Positions 22,281 to 35,191 of a DNA stretch of 42,618 nucleotides are shown here, one piece after another. The position numbers and the translations under genes were made by a program. Under the pieces are notes generated by a model. The model was not told the origin of the DNA. It saw nothing but the letters and a program-made list of their open reading frames with translations, and ran no database searches. The stretch's first letter is position 1. Every line of letters starts with the position of its first letter. Source of the DNA: Geosiphon pyriformis uo1 (Eukaryota > Fungi > Glomeromycota); contig JAAOMT010000106.1 of NCBI GenBank assembly GCA_016748015.1, forward strand, positions 1-42,618, given 5' to 3'.

Positions 22281-24588
22281 AGTTGTTTTAAAATTATGTA
22301 AGAAAAACTTTTTGTCTTCTTTATTTTATGACTACGACTAAAACAAAGAATAAAAAAACTGCATTTAATATTTTTTCTGAGATATCTAATAAAATTTTAA
22401 CCAGAAAAACTCTTTTTATTGTAAAAACAACTAAACAGAATATTTTAGAAGCTTTTTTTTTACCTAGTAATTGCAAAAAACTGTCTTTAATAGCTACTAA
22501 AGCAACTTTTTTATTTTTAACTGGTTTTTTATCAGTCAAAGTTTTCTCAAAGAAACACACTTGGATTAGTCCCAGTATTGTCTCTACTTTTTCAAAGAGC
22601 CCAAAAATTTTTAATAACAGACTAGTTAACAAGCTAATTTTCTCTTTCATAGCTTCAATACCAAATACTGGCTAACACTTCTTCTTCAAAAAAAATAATT
22701 AATAAAACCAAAAGTTCAGAAAAGTAGAGGCAATCACTTGCATTTGTTATTGTTACACCAAACTTATTTGTAGTTTTAATTGAGATCTTAGATAAGATCT
22801 CTACTGTTTTATCTAACATGTCATCCAAGATAAATTAAGATCAACTACTGATTGTGTTGCTAAATATAGTGCTTTCTGGCAGATCCTCACCAGTTCTAGA
22901 AACAAAACAATTATTTTCTATTAGATCACTTGTTTTTGGGAACTGGGCTGATTAAATAGAAACTGAATAATTTTTTCTTCTTATTTCTGGTGCTGCTATT
23001 GGTGGTACTTGAGAAACTATTGCTAGTTATCAAAGATTTGCTGGGTGGATAGCCTCTACTCTGGTGCTTGGTGTTACTTTCAAAATCAAATTGGCTTATA
23101 TTAAGACTGTTTTTCAGTCTGTACATAGTTTTTTGGATGTAAAATCAGTATTAAAGAACAATGTGAAGCTCTTCTGTACAGAGTTTACTTCTTAAGTGTC
23201 TTTGAAAACTGTATTTTTGGTTGAGCTTACAGATTCTATTTACTTAGTTACTCTCAAAATTGCCAAGTCTTTGGTGGTTTCTGACTTTGGTCTTTTTTTT
23301 GCTGTTGTTGTGCTGCATGATATGTCTTTGAGTGTGTTTGCTGCTAATATTAAGACAGTTTTTGGCATGTTTGGTAATATTACTTGTATTGTGTTAAAGC
23401 TTATTGGCATTTGGCAATATGTGGTTATTGATTTTGAAAAGTTTAGATTTTGCTGTATCTGCTTTGGATTATTGATTAGTTTTAGTGAACAAAAATAGTG
23501 TTAGAATTTTCTTCTTGGTGAATTAGAATAAGATTATTTTGTCTCATAATAGATTTAAGACCAAGCTGTTCAATCTTTTTTCTGACTGTATTGCTTTTAA
23601 AGTTAGTGATTTGGTTTCTCAAGTTAGTAACCAGACATGTTTTATTTTTTGTTTTTCCAATTCTGGTTATTATTTCTAGTTTGTTTTGATTATTTTTGGT
23701 TCTCAGATTAATTTGAATGCTGTTATTGTTAAGACTGGCACATTAAGAAAGTGTTGTATCTAGTGGGAAACACCTAGTTGTTGGCACTGTTTTAGGTGTT
23801 AAAAAATAGACTATTTGGCTGCAAATTGTAAAATGTTTCTGTCTCTTCCTTCCAAAATTCTCAAGACATTTACACTATACTTTGTTAGCTTTAAGTCTTA
23901 TGCCAAAGCTTCTGCTCTTTTAAGCTTCTTTGGGTTTTCACCTCTGTTATCTCTTGCCTCTTTTTTTGTTGTTGTTGGTAATTTTTTGGTGTTGTCTTAT
24001 TTGTTTTCTTTGAAATCTGATTTAACTAAGTTTTCTGTTTTGGTTAAGTCTATTGTTAAACCTATTGGCTCTTTGATTATGATTTTTAAACAGTTTATTA
24101 ATGGTAATTTGGTTTTAAACAGTGTTCTTAGTCTCAAAGTTAATAAACTTGTGGTTTATCTGGGTTTTTTTAGCAAAATTATTGGTAAGTTAAGAAGAAA
24201 AATAGTTTTATTAAAAAAAAGTGTTGTATAAAAGATGTGGACATGTTTGGTAACTTAAATTATCAGGTCGGTATTGATAATAATACATTTTTTAATTTGA
24301 TATTCCTCTGAATACATAAGTTTAATAGTATTAAGACTGATCTCTTAAAAACAACTGAGTGGCTGGTTGGATTAGTCTCTTGTAGTGTTTAATTATTTAA
24401 TATAATTCAGAAGATATTAGTCTTGAATAAGTTTACTTTCATTGTAGCAATGTAATATAGTCTAAACTAGCTTGAATAGCTGGTTACATATAGAAAGCAT
24501 ATGAATCACATTTAGTCTAAAACACTTAGTTTGTTTTTAATTTCTAAATAGTAGTTAGACCACACTTATTAAACTATAATAAAAAAAT
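22281..24588 (+). mobile_element. ORF1-only non-autonomous non-LTR element (HAL-like)
   Basis: Single decayed ORF1-type frame 22328-24455 followed directly by the LINE 3' tail and A-tail; candidate TSD AATAATATAAA at 22270-22280 / 24589-24599. Confidence 0.75.
22328..24455 (+). pseudogene. ORF1/gag-like protein (RRM-like region, CCHC knuckle, coiled coil)
   Basis: VVLHDM..FGNITCIVLKLIGIWQYVVIDFE aligns with LINE ORF1 IVLKKI..FGVIKSIKIQLIDL*QKAIIELE; CFRC*KIDYLAANC knuckle. Confidence 0.75.
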
Positions 24589-24969
24589 AATAATATAAAT
24601 AATTATAATAAAATTAATTATAAAAAATATTTTATATGCAAAAAAAATAAAAACTCATTAAATATAACCAATATATGTATTTTTTTTTATAATACAAAAT
24701 CTGAAATATAATTGTTTACTTAAAATATAGTCTTTAAATATTTAAAAAATTTTAAAACAAGTTTAATATTTATAATTATTATATTTTAATTAAGATTATA
24801 TTTTTAGTTTAATTTTAATATTAAATACTAAACAAATAAAAATTAAAGATAAATAACAAATAATAAAAAATTAAAAAAATATTAACAATTAATATTCTAA
24901 TTTAAAAATCTAAATAAAATTAAATATATATTTTAAATAAATTTTATTTTATAAAAGCATATTTTTATC

Positions 24970-27685
24970 AAATAATTCAGTTAATTGGTATTCTTTAGAA
25001 GCTAGTTTAAAGTATATTAAAATATATAATAAGTTTATTAAGTTTTTTAAAATATACATATAAACAAAATCAACAAAATAATAACTAATTTTGGTTTTTA
25101 AATAATCACAAAATATATAATAATTTTAACCAAAGTAAAATATTTTCTTTGTTTTTTTAGAAAATTTTTTATGATTCATTATTATGTAAAATAAAAAGGC
25201 ATAAATATTTATGTAAATATAAAATCAACACTAATTTTATGGCAAAAATAAGTAAAGTAGAAATTAATAGAAAAAATCTTTTTTTTTACAATTGGTGTTT
25301 TTATTGATAATATAATTTAAATAAAAAACAATCAGATTTTAACACAATATATTTGAACATTGTTAGTAAGTTTTTTAGAATTAATAACATTTTTATTAAT
25401 TAAAAAATTGTAAATACTTCTTTGTATATTAGTAATTAGTCTATTTTTATTGCCATATATAATAAATCTTATAGATATTTGGAATTTTTTTGTTAACAAA
25501 AAATATATTTAAGTTAAGTTTTGTTAAGACATATTTAGATATTAAGTTTTTTTTGAATTTGGTTTTTAAAAAAGTATTGTTAAATAAACAGTTTTTTTAT
25601 TTGGTTTTAGTAATTTTTTAATTTATAATAAATTATTAAACACAGTTTAATTTTATATTTAAAAGTATATATTAAAAATAAAATATTATAAATAGAAAAA
25701 AGTTTAGATTTAAAACCAATTTGCTCAGAGATTTTCCTAATCAAACTTTATACTATTTATTTTTGTATAAGTTAAAGTTTTTTAAACAGATACAAATAGA
25801 AAGCAAAATAGCTTTAATAGTTTGGTTCTCTAATACAACTAAAATCTTTGACCAATTATTTAAACACTACTTTTTGGATTTACAAGTTTTAAAATAGATA
25901 TTTATAAACTTACTGCAGTACTTAATTAAGCTAAAAGTTAGTTTTATAAACAATTATTTGATGAACATTGTAAAAAATTTTCTAAATAATCAGATTTCTC
26001 TAATCAACAACTTGCTTAGCATATTTTGTAGTTTTTACTACTTTTTAATATCCAAAATTTTGAAATATTTTTATTATTTTAAGATAGTTCATTTTTTGAA
26101 ACATTTTAATATTGTTTTTAAAAACAAGTTATTAGATAAACACAAATTAGTTATAAATTAAAAACTTTTTATTATTAAAAAAAATTAAGTTTTAGAAACT
26201 TAGTACTATTATAACTTAAAAAAGCTTTAGTTTTTATAAATAATTTCTTACTAAATCTAATAAAATTGCTCTTATTTTTAATTGGTTAAATTTTTTGTGT
26301 TTAAAAAAATTTTTAAATATTTAAAAATATTTGCATAAATTGTAAACAGATATTTTTAATGTTTATACTAATAATTCTTTGAATTATTTAAGTATTGTAA
26401 AGATAGCTAATAAAGTAATAGCTTATTTTTCTAATAAAAAATAGATATAAATATAAAGATATATAGACTGTTATCATTAATAATATTGAAATTACAAATA
26501 ATTGTCTTAACATTGAAATGTAATTTTTTTTTGCTTAATAATTTTGCATATAAACAGCCAAGTTATTATAAATATATACATTTTAAAGTTTAAGTTTTAT
26601 TTGTCTGATTTTTGGAACAAGTGTTAAATAAAAAGATATTATATAACTAATTTAATTAAATTGAAAAATATTTTTGTTAAATAAGTAAAAATCAAAAGTT
26701 ATTTGAAGAATATAAACAATAATTGAGCTTATGTTTTTGTATATAATACTATATAGTCTTGTCTTATTTTTTCTGCTAAGATTTATAAGAAGTTTATTGT
26801 AATTAATAGTTAAGTTATATTAAAAAATACTTATTACTTTGTTTATAACATTTATTAAACTATAAATTAAACTAGTATAGTTGTAGTTTAATATTCAAAC
26901 TTTTACATGTTTTTAAAGTTTATTAACAGAACTTTAGTTGTTTTTGGCATATATTTAATAAAAGCAGTATATAAAAAACTATTAGTTATAATTAGAAAAA
27001 ACTTTATAATAAAAGTTATTTAGATGTTTTGTGCTTAATATATAGTAATAATAAACTGCTTGATTATGTTTTTATGTGTTTAAAAAATGTTTTTATTTGT
27101 TTTAAAATTCTGCTGAATTATATTAATCTGTAAAAGTCTTTAATAAGATTTTATTTTCTGTTATTATTCTTGGTATTGTATATTCTTTCTTTGAAGCTTT
27201 TGTGTAAAGACTTTGTTTTTAAGAATTAGACTGATAAAGCAGTATTAATTTTTGGTAATAAAAAAAAACTGTTTTAGTGGTGGTTAATTTTGTTTATTAT
27301 TTAGTCGAAAAGTATTATAATAGATTATAGTTGTTTAAATCAAAGTTCAAAACAAATATAAAAAAAAGTGGCTTAATTAGTAATATAAATATAATAACTG
27401 TTGGTTTTGAAATTTGTTTAATGTTTTGTTAGTTAAAGTTGTTTATTTGCTTAATATTATTAAGTTTTTTATTGTTAGTTTTGAATTGTATAAAGTTTGT
27501 TCAATTTTTTTAAGTATTATTAATAATATAGAGATTTATATAAGTACATAATATTGTCTTAATTGGTTTAAGTGACTGATTGCATATAATAAATATGTAA
27601 ATTATATTTGATTAGATTTGCTTAGTTTGTTTTTGTATATTAAATAGTAATTGAACTGTACTCATTAAATATAAAAATAAAAAAT
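24970..27685 (+). mobile_element. Heavily decayed 5'-truncated LINE copy 3 (RT through tail)
   Basis: Remnants GVFIDN (AFVDD), YRYLGIF, VYTNNSL (YTDGSL); tail ~27555-27685. Confidence 0.82.
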
Positions 27686-28099
27686 TAATTAATTTTGTTA
27701 TTTTATTATTTTTCTATTTAAATAATATTATATACAAAAAAAAGTTTTTAAAGTTAATATAATTTATAAAATAAATTTGATTATACCAAAAATAACAAGT
27801 TTAATAATATTAAATTAAAAAATAAAATTGCAATTTTTTAATTATTTAAGTTTAATTAATAATATAAATTTTTTTTTACATTTTTAATTAGTAATATATA
27901 ATATTTAAAATATAATATTAACTATTTTAAATAATTGATTACATATAAACAAAACATAATTAAATTTTGTTTTTTTATAAAATTATTATAAATTAAAATA
28001 AGCACATTCTAAATATTTCCAAAAAAGTGCAAATTTTGAAAAAAGTTTTTACAGTCTTTATTTTCTCTTATTATTCAGTTAGATACTTCCAAATTTTTT

Positions 28100-29950
28100 T
28101 TGTTTAAATATAAAACTGCCAATAATAAGGGCATTTTTGTTATGAAAAAATCTAAGAAGAAATCAGTTTTTGGTCCTGCTGCTAGTAACTTTTTTATTAA
28201 GAAAAAGTGCAAAGAAAATGTGTTAAAAGAATTTATTGCTATAATTGGAACTTCTGTTGGGGTTGTCTTTAATAATCTGGCTGGGTATACAAGTGGGAAC
28301 ACCATTAAATCTGAGAGTATAGACATAAAAGAGAAATATTTAGTAGAAAAAACGAGTTTTTGTCAAGGGAATAAAAAAAAATCTAATGATAACAATGCCA
28401 ATATGACTTCCAAAAGACCTAAAAAGATAATTACAAAGCATATTCTTGGAAAACCTCTTAGTACAATTGATTTTGGTGGAATTAGTAATAATGGCAGTAA
28501 TGTTTTGGACAAATTTCTTTTGCTTTCTCCTTCTTTTTTTTCAAACTTATGGTTCAGATTTTGGTTAAGAAGTCTTTTGCTTTAGATATTAATCTTGTAA
28601 TGATAGCTAAAAAATTCTTTTAGAAAAAGTTAAGTTTTGTTAGAAAAATTTTCTCTGGTGTAAATGATTTTAGAGAGGTCTCTATCTTTTCAAAATTTGA
28701 TAAAGTTATTCAGACTTCTTTTACTTCTGAAAAGACAATAATGGCTATAGCAAAATTGGTAAATAATTAGAGTGTTATAGTAAATATCAATCTTAAGCAC
28801 CCTATTAACAATCATACAAATTAGACTATTGTGTTAAAAAAAATTTATGTGAAAACTTCTATTAAGGCTGTGTATGCTGCTGTTTCTAAATTTGGAGTTA
28901 TTAAGTCGATTAAAATACAACTAATAGATTTATAGCAAAGGCAATTATTGAATTGGAGAATCAAAATTAGGCTGATCTTTTGGCTTCTAAGTGGTTTATT
29001 CTTATTGGAAAGAATGCAGTTTGTGTGGTCAAAGCCAATTTAAATAAACAAATATGGGATTTCAAAAATAAATTTAGGGCTTTGTTTTATATACTGCTTG
29101 TAGAAACAACTGCTTATAATATTTGAGAATTTATTGGTTCTGTTGGAAATAAAATGTGTATTATTAATTGTTATCTAGTTATATACACTTGATTTAAATG
29201 CACTGTAGTATGTTTTGATTTTTCTGAATTACTTAATGCTGTCATAGAAACTACTTTAGTTCTAAGAAGTGCCAATTTGTATTGGTCTTGTCTGGGTTTT
29301 TCCAAATATGTTAAGTGTAAAAATTTAGGTTATACATTATTAAATTATAGTCTTGGTAAGAAAAAATATCCTGGTGGTTTGTCTTATAAGATGTTCTTTA
29401 AGAAAAATAAAAGCAGGCTGACATTTATCTATGTCAAATATTCAGTTTTGATTGCCTGTCCTGTTTTTTTTGGTGGTGTGTCTTGGGCTAAAATTGCTGG
29501 TGGAGCTTTTTTTCCCCTTCTTTCTACATATAATGGTTTGACTAATGCTGGTTTTTCTCCGGAAATAAAATCTTCCCTGCTTGTTGTAAATGAATTGGAG
29601 TTGTGTTTGGTTAGTATTGAAAGCAGTCTTACCAGCCTTACAAGACAAATTAGTAAGTTGGTTAAGAGACTAAAATTACTCATATTGGTAGTTTCTCAGT
29701 CTAGCTCTGAATGTCAACTGCTGGTAACCCTCTTATCACAGGATCAGATGGGCAATATAATAATAAAAGAAGACTTGGCTAAAGCCACTAGTGGTAAGAC
29801 TATTATGGTTTTGGGCTTTTTTGTTCCCTTAATGTAATAAGATTGGAAAACATACTGGAAAGTCTCTCTGTTTCTGTATTAAGTTTGTCAGCCCGTTTTG
29901 ACAGTTTGGTTTTGACTAGTGATACATTTCTCCAACTCTTTTTTTAATGA
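28100..29950 (+). pseudogene. LINE ORF1 (RRM-like region, zinc knuckle, coiled coil)
   Basis: KSFALDI.., FGVIKSIK, decayed knuckle YVKCKNLGYTLLNY, heptad region LVSIESSLTSLTRQISKLVKRL. Confidence 0.85.
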
Positions 29951-32900
29951 GCAGTCTAATATAAAAAATTGCTATGTGCAATATTAAAAGAATAAACAAC
30001 TCTGCCAAGCAGGAAGATATTATTTGTTGACACAAAGATATGAACAATTTAATTTTTATTGTTACTAAAACAAAGTTAAAAGGGAAGATTCATCTATGGA
30101 TTAAAAACAAATTTAATGATGTTTAAATGTTTACTTCTGGTTTGTATTTTGGTTATTTGGGTTTTGATATTATAATTGTCATCAATATTTCTTTAGCAAG
30201 GCATATATGTAGAGTTTTTAAGATGCTGAGTTATTTTTTTTTGTTAAATTACTTTTCAAAAATAAACTTTTTGTCTCAATTTTGGGGATTTATACTGGTG
30301 TTTCTCTGGCAGTTCCTTTTTTTCAGGCTGATGTGATTAATTTTTTGATTGCAAAAGCTGTAAATGAATCTTTTTTTGTTATTTTGGATGGTAATTTCAA
30401 TGAAAATGGTTCTTATAAGTGTGTTAATTTCAAAAAATGCCTCAATTTGGGCTTAATTAATTCTTTAATTAGGAGCATACTTGCAAAAGTATTGACATAA
30501 AATAATTCTCAAGATATTGCAAAAACAATTGATTATGTATTTGTTTCTTCAAATTTGGTCAATGCAATAGTGGATTGTGGAGTGGCCAATATTGAAGACT
30601 ATTTTGACACAGATTACTAAGCTGTTTCTGTTTCTGTGGGTTTGGGTGGCTTGTTGGATATGCAGCTAAATGTACTATACAAACAGGCAAATAAAAATCA
30701 TTGGAAATATAACATTAATAATGCTAATAAAACAGTTTAATGCAGATTCAAGAAGATTACTGCTGTTAATGTTTTGATGTTTTCTAGTAAGTTTGCTGTT
30801 TCTAAAGGGCTTTTAAATTTGGATGCTTAGTGGAATACTATTCATAAAATAATGGTGTTTTTAGCTAATAAATTGTTCAAAAAGAAGTGGTTCAAAAACT
30901 TTAATGGTGTTTTCACCAAGATTTTTTCTAAATTTTACAAATTAAAACTCTTAGGATTAAAAATTGTCAAGTGTTTTTGTGTAAATTTTGAGGGCAAGTT
31001 TGTCTTTTTGTTTGATCTCTGGTTTTCTTTGGATAACAGTAATGTTTCAAGTATTTGGACTCTTTTGGATTCTAATGCCAATTTTAATTGTGTGTATTTT
31101 GCTTTTTTTAGTGTAAGAAAATCATATTATGTTAGCAAACTTGCTAAATTTACAAGGGCTAAGAAAGCAAATATTAGACATACATTAATAAAAAATATGA
31201 AGTTTTGAGGTAAAAAAAGATTATACTATTAGAGTATCTTTTCTGCAAAGTAGTGCTAGATTATCTAGTTGTTAATAATAAGCTGATTTTGAAATTTGAT
31301 CAGATTAAGGCTAAGGTAGATGTAATTATAGAGAGTTGAACCAAAAAACATAAAATTGTTACTAATATTTCTAGTGATTGGTCCCATTAATACCAACTTT
31401 TAGAATATGTTTTTGGTAGTGCTTTTTCAAATATAATGTGTTCAATTAGTTTCAATAAGCTGTTTGATATGGTTTCCAATTTTTCTAATAGTAAAGCTGC
31501 TAGACTTTCTGGTATTTCTAATGAACTTTGAAAACATTGTGACAAAACAGTTTTGAATATGCTTTTGGTGCTCTTAAATTCTTGTTTGATTAGTAAATTG
31601 GTGCCCAGTTCTTGAAGAGAGACTTAAGTCTTAATAATTCCAAAACTGTATAAATGGAAAAGTGTTTTTATAAATATTTATCTTATTGCTTTGATTGAAA
31701 CAACATGTAAAATTCTCTTCAAAATTCTTTCTAATAGGATTTTATTAGTGTACAGCACTTTTGATGTTCTATATAAAACCAATTTTTTGGTTTTAAAAAG
31801 TACAACAACACAGTCTCCTATTTTTGCTATTGGATCAGTGATTGAAGATGCCTTGGAAAAGAACTATAAACTCTGGTTGGTTTTGCAAAACATGTAGAAG
31901 ACTTACAATTTTGTTGAATAAAAGCATCTTAAAAAAAGCCTGGTTAGAATAAAGATGTGCAACAAGTTCATTAAATTTTTCAGTAGTATTTACAGTGATC
32001 ATATTAACAGAGTTATGACTGACTTTGGTCTGACAAGTGAATATCAAGTACATGATAGTTTGAATTAAGGAGAGATGTTTTTATCTCTTTTTTGACACAT
32101 ATTTTATGATCTCTTGTTGTATAAAGTCAAGAGGCAGGAAAGTATATGTGGATATAGATTAAATTCTTATTTTATCTCCAAAACTGGTCATGCCAAACCT
32201 CAGGCTGGATTAATCTTTTTTTTTACTGCTGGTGCATTTGTAGATAATATTATTCAGATTGGTAGCAGTCAAAAAGCTACTTAGTAGATTTTTAATGTTG
32301 CTAGTAAATTCTTTTAAATCAATAATATTTTTATAAATATTAATAAAACTATAACCATTCCTATTAACTGCAGAGTTGAGTATTTTTCTCTGTTGATCAG
32401 TGAATCATCTATTTCTATTGTCAAAAAAAGAAAATCTCATTAATATCTTGGTATCTATCTATCTACTGATGACTTTTTGAAGTTTAGCTTGGCTAAAGCA
32501 CATTCTGACATCTGGTTTTTTACCAATCTTATTTTGAGGAAGGCTGTTTCAGACAAACAGTTTTCGTATTTGGTATTAATGGTTTTTTATTCTATCATTG
32601 GTTACAAAACACAATTCAGCTTTATTTTTATTGGTGTGTATAATAAGTAAGATGCTTTAATTTACAAAAATTTAAAATTAAAAGCTGGTTTGTTTCACAA
32701 TTTTCCTAGTGATATGATTTATTACTCTTTATTTTATGGTTTAAAAACTTTCAAGCTAATTCAGTCTAAAGGTAAATTGGCATATTTTGTAAATTTTGCA
32801 AATTTTGGTGGAATTTTGGGCTATTTATTCTTTCACAAATCTTATAACTTGCAAGTTTTATGTTGGTATCTACATTACTCTTTGTGTTTTTTGATTTGTG

Positions 32901-34618
32901 TGAGAGTTAGTTTCACTAATAACTTTTTGGCAAATATGGTTTACATTTTACTTAAGTATAATTTGTCTTTAGGTGGCATTATGAATAGCTCATTCTATCT
33001 TCTGGATGATGTATTCATGTTAACTATTCTTAGCAAGTCTAAATTTTTTAAGTTTCTCTTTTTACTTTAGTGATACAACATTGCTTTTGTGAATTAGCTT
33101 TGCAATTATCAAGGCACTGTTTTTGATTGGTATATTTTTAAACAATGGAATAGGTTGGACCCTCATAGTCTTATTCCTAACTGGTTTAAAGTCTCTACTG
33201 AATTTCTGAATGGTGCGAATTTTTTTTCTGCTTGCCTTTTTTTTTGGGTAATATTGGATCTTCAAATGTTTTTGAGTCTTGTGAGTTTAAGTCAGTTCAT
33301 TTTCAACTGTTTTATATTAGTACTAATAGTCTGTTTATATATATGGATAGTTTTTTAAAGAACTTGAGCTTGGTTAACAAAAAAGCTGGTGCTAAAGTAT
33401 TTTTGAAGACATTGGTTTGGGTTTAGGTATTGGTGTTTCTGATTTGATGCTCTCTACTTTGGCAGAGTTATAGACTATTGTATTAGCTCTAGAGTGTGTT
33501 CTCTTTTTTAGTTTTATTTATTTGTTTACAAACAGTCAAGCTGCTTTGGATGTATACAAGTTAAAGCTGAATCTGGTGTATCCAAATTTTCATAATCAGT
33601 GTTGAGTAGAACATTAACATATTGTGGGCATTATTCATAACAAAGATTTAAAAGTTAGTTGGTTCAAGATTAAAAAGCACTCAGATGTTTTAAGGAATAA
33701 ACATGCTAACATGTTTGCTGATGCTACTTTTTTTTCTGGTTGGTGCCTTCCTCCCAAGTTAAAGGAACATTATATTTTGACTAACAGTGAGATTGTTTCT
33801 GATAACTCTAAATATTTTGCTTGTAATATTTTTTAATTTATTTATCATGTCTATTGGGAAATTGGTTCTGGCTCTAAGATTCTGGTAAATAATTTGCCTT
33901 TGGATGTTGATTGGCTTAGCTTTTTTTTGGTGTGGCACCTTGATTTGCATATGGCTGCTAGTTTTATCAGTAAGTCCTCTGTTGATGCTTATACTTATTT
34001 TATAAAAACTCTATATTATTGGCTGTTTGTTGTTTTTTGGAAGTATCTGTATAATAGGCAGTATTCTAGTGTAATATGTTTATATTGTGATAATATTGAG
34101 ATGTCAAATCATGTATTTTTTTGCATAGCTGATAACTCTGTTCATCTTTAATTATTGAATATTTATGCAACTGCTAGGAGAATGCTTTCTAGTCTTTCTT
34201 GTTTATTTTTTTATGTGTTTCAGCTGATGTTGTCCTGTGTGTTAATATTGATATATGTACAGTTCTGCATAAGAGTTTTGTCTTTAATAGTTGGCTCCAG
34301 GAAGCAGTATCTGTTTTCAATTGTTTTAAAGTTGTAAGTATTGAGGTCATAAAATTTGTGTGTGCTTTTTGTTTTGGTTTTAGGGATGAAATTTGATTGG
34401 TCAAGACTAAGCATTGTGCCTTTATGGAAAAGAATAAGCTAATCCTACTTGATGGTTTGGTTTCTGCTTCAATTTCTGGGCTGTCTTCAGGGTTTTTTGC
34501 TGGTGTGGTTAAGTTGCTTGGTATTGCTAAGGCATTTGGTGTTTGTTTTGAATTTCATAAGTCTTGTTTATTTTTTTCAGGCATTGAGGCCCCAGTTTCA
34601 GTTGATATAGATGCCTAA
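29947..34618 (+). pseudogene. LINE ORF2: apurinic endonuclease, RT, RNase H, C-terminal CCHC
   Basis: KIAMCNIKRIN, ILDGNFNE, KTIDYVFVS (APE); IALIETTCKIL, WLVLQNM, AFVDN, YLGIYL (RT); STLAEL, NSQAAL, KIKKHSDVLRN (RH); CLYC..NHVFFC. Confidence 0.93.
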
Positions 34619-34742
34619 TGTTGTTCTGACCAGCTCAAATGGCTGGTCACGTGTAGAAAAACATGATTTATACCTAGTTTAAATCACTTATGTTAATGTA
34701 TTTGTGCTAGGCAGTGTTTGGACCTCACTCATAAAACGTAAT
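34619..34742 (+). ncRNA. Conserved structured LINE 3' UTR element (six copies in window)
   Basis: Stem TGACCAGC/GCTGGTCA (34627-34649), CGTGT/ACATG, CCTAG/CTAGG, GTYC/GGAC; homologs at ~19405, 22137, 24456, 27552, 37710. Confidence 0.65.
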
Positions 34743-34945
34743 AAAAAAAAAATAAAATAAGCATCGCATATTTTTATTCAAAAAATAATGTATTATTTAA
34801 AAAATCTGAAATAAAAAATACAGTCATTAACAGCTAAAAAAATAAAATACTTTTTAATTCCGAAAATATAAAAAAACAAAGATAAACATGACAAATTTAA
34901 AAATTAAGATTGATTTAAGCAAATAATAAAACTTGTATAACACAA

Positions 34946-35191
34946 TTACTCCTCTGGCAAATTAAACCATTCATCTTTTAGAGCATCATTTGCAGTCGGT
35001 CGACTATTAGAATTTTTGTTCATCAATTTTTCCCTAAACTGTTGAGTGGATGAAGAAAGTGAAATATGGTTGTAAATTATAGTATGTTTGAAAAGATTTC
35101 CAACCATCCATATATCTCCTGCAGCGCTACAAAAGTCTTCCCCCGATTTATATTCTGGAGCTCCAATAGCCAATGAATCTCTTTGTAAAGT
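34946..35191 (-). CDS. Protein kinase C-lobe, 3' end of gene (5' side lost in the gap)
   Basis: GAPE (subdomain VIII), GDIWMVG (IX), SRPTANDALKDEWF (XI), then stop. Confidence 0.85.
   Translation of the reverse strand, partial: TLQRDSLAIGAPEYKSGEDFCSAAGDIWMVGNLFKHTIIYNHISLSSSTQQFREKLMNKNSNSRPTANDALKDEWFNLPEE

Larger units (their letters stand above)
28005..34752 (+). mobile_element. Full-length LINE (ORF1; ORF2 APE-RT-RNase H-CCHC), inactivated
   Basis: TSD TAAAATAAGCA at 27994-28004 / 34753-34763, poly-A 34743-34752, complete domain series. Confidence 0.94.

Noticed and set aside
34619-34742. Known self-cleaving ribozyme (hammerhead, hairpin, HDV, twister) in the LINE tail
   Set aside because: Only partial words (CTGA, GAAA, GTCC) are present; complete catalytic cores were not found by eye.
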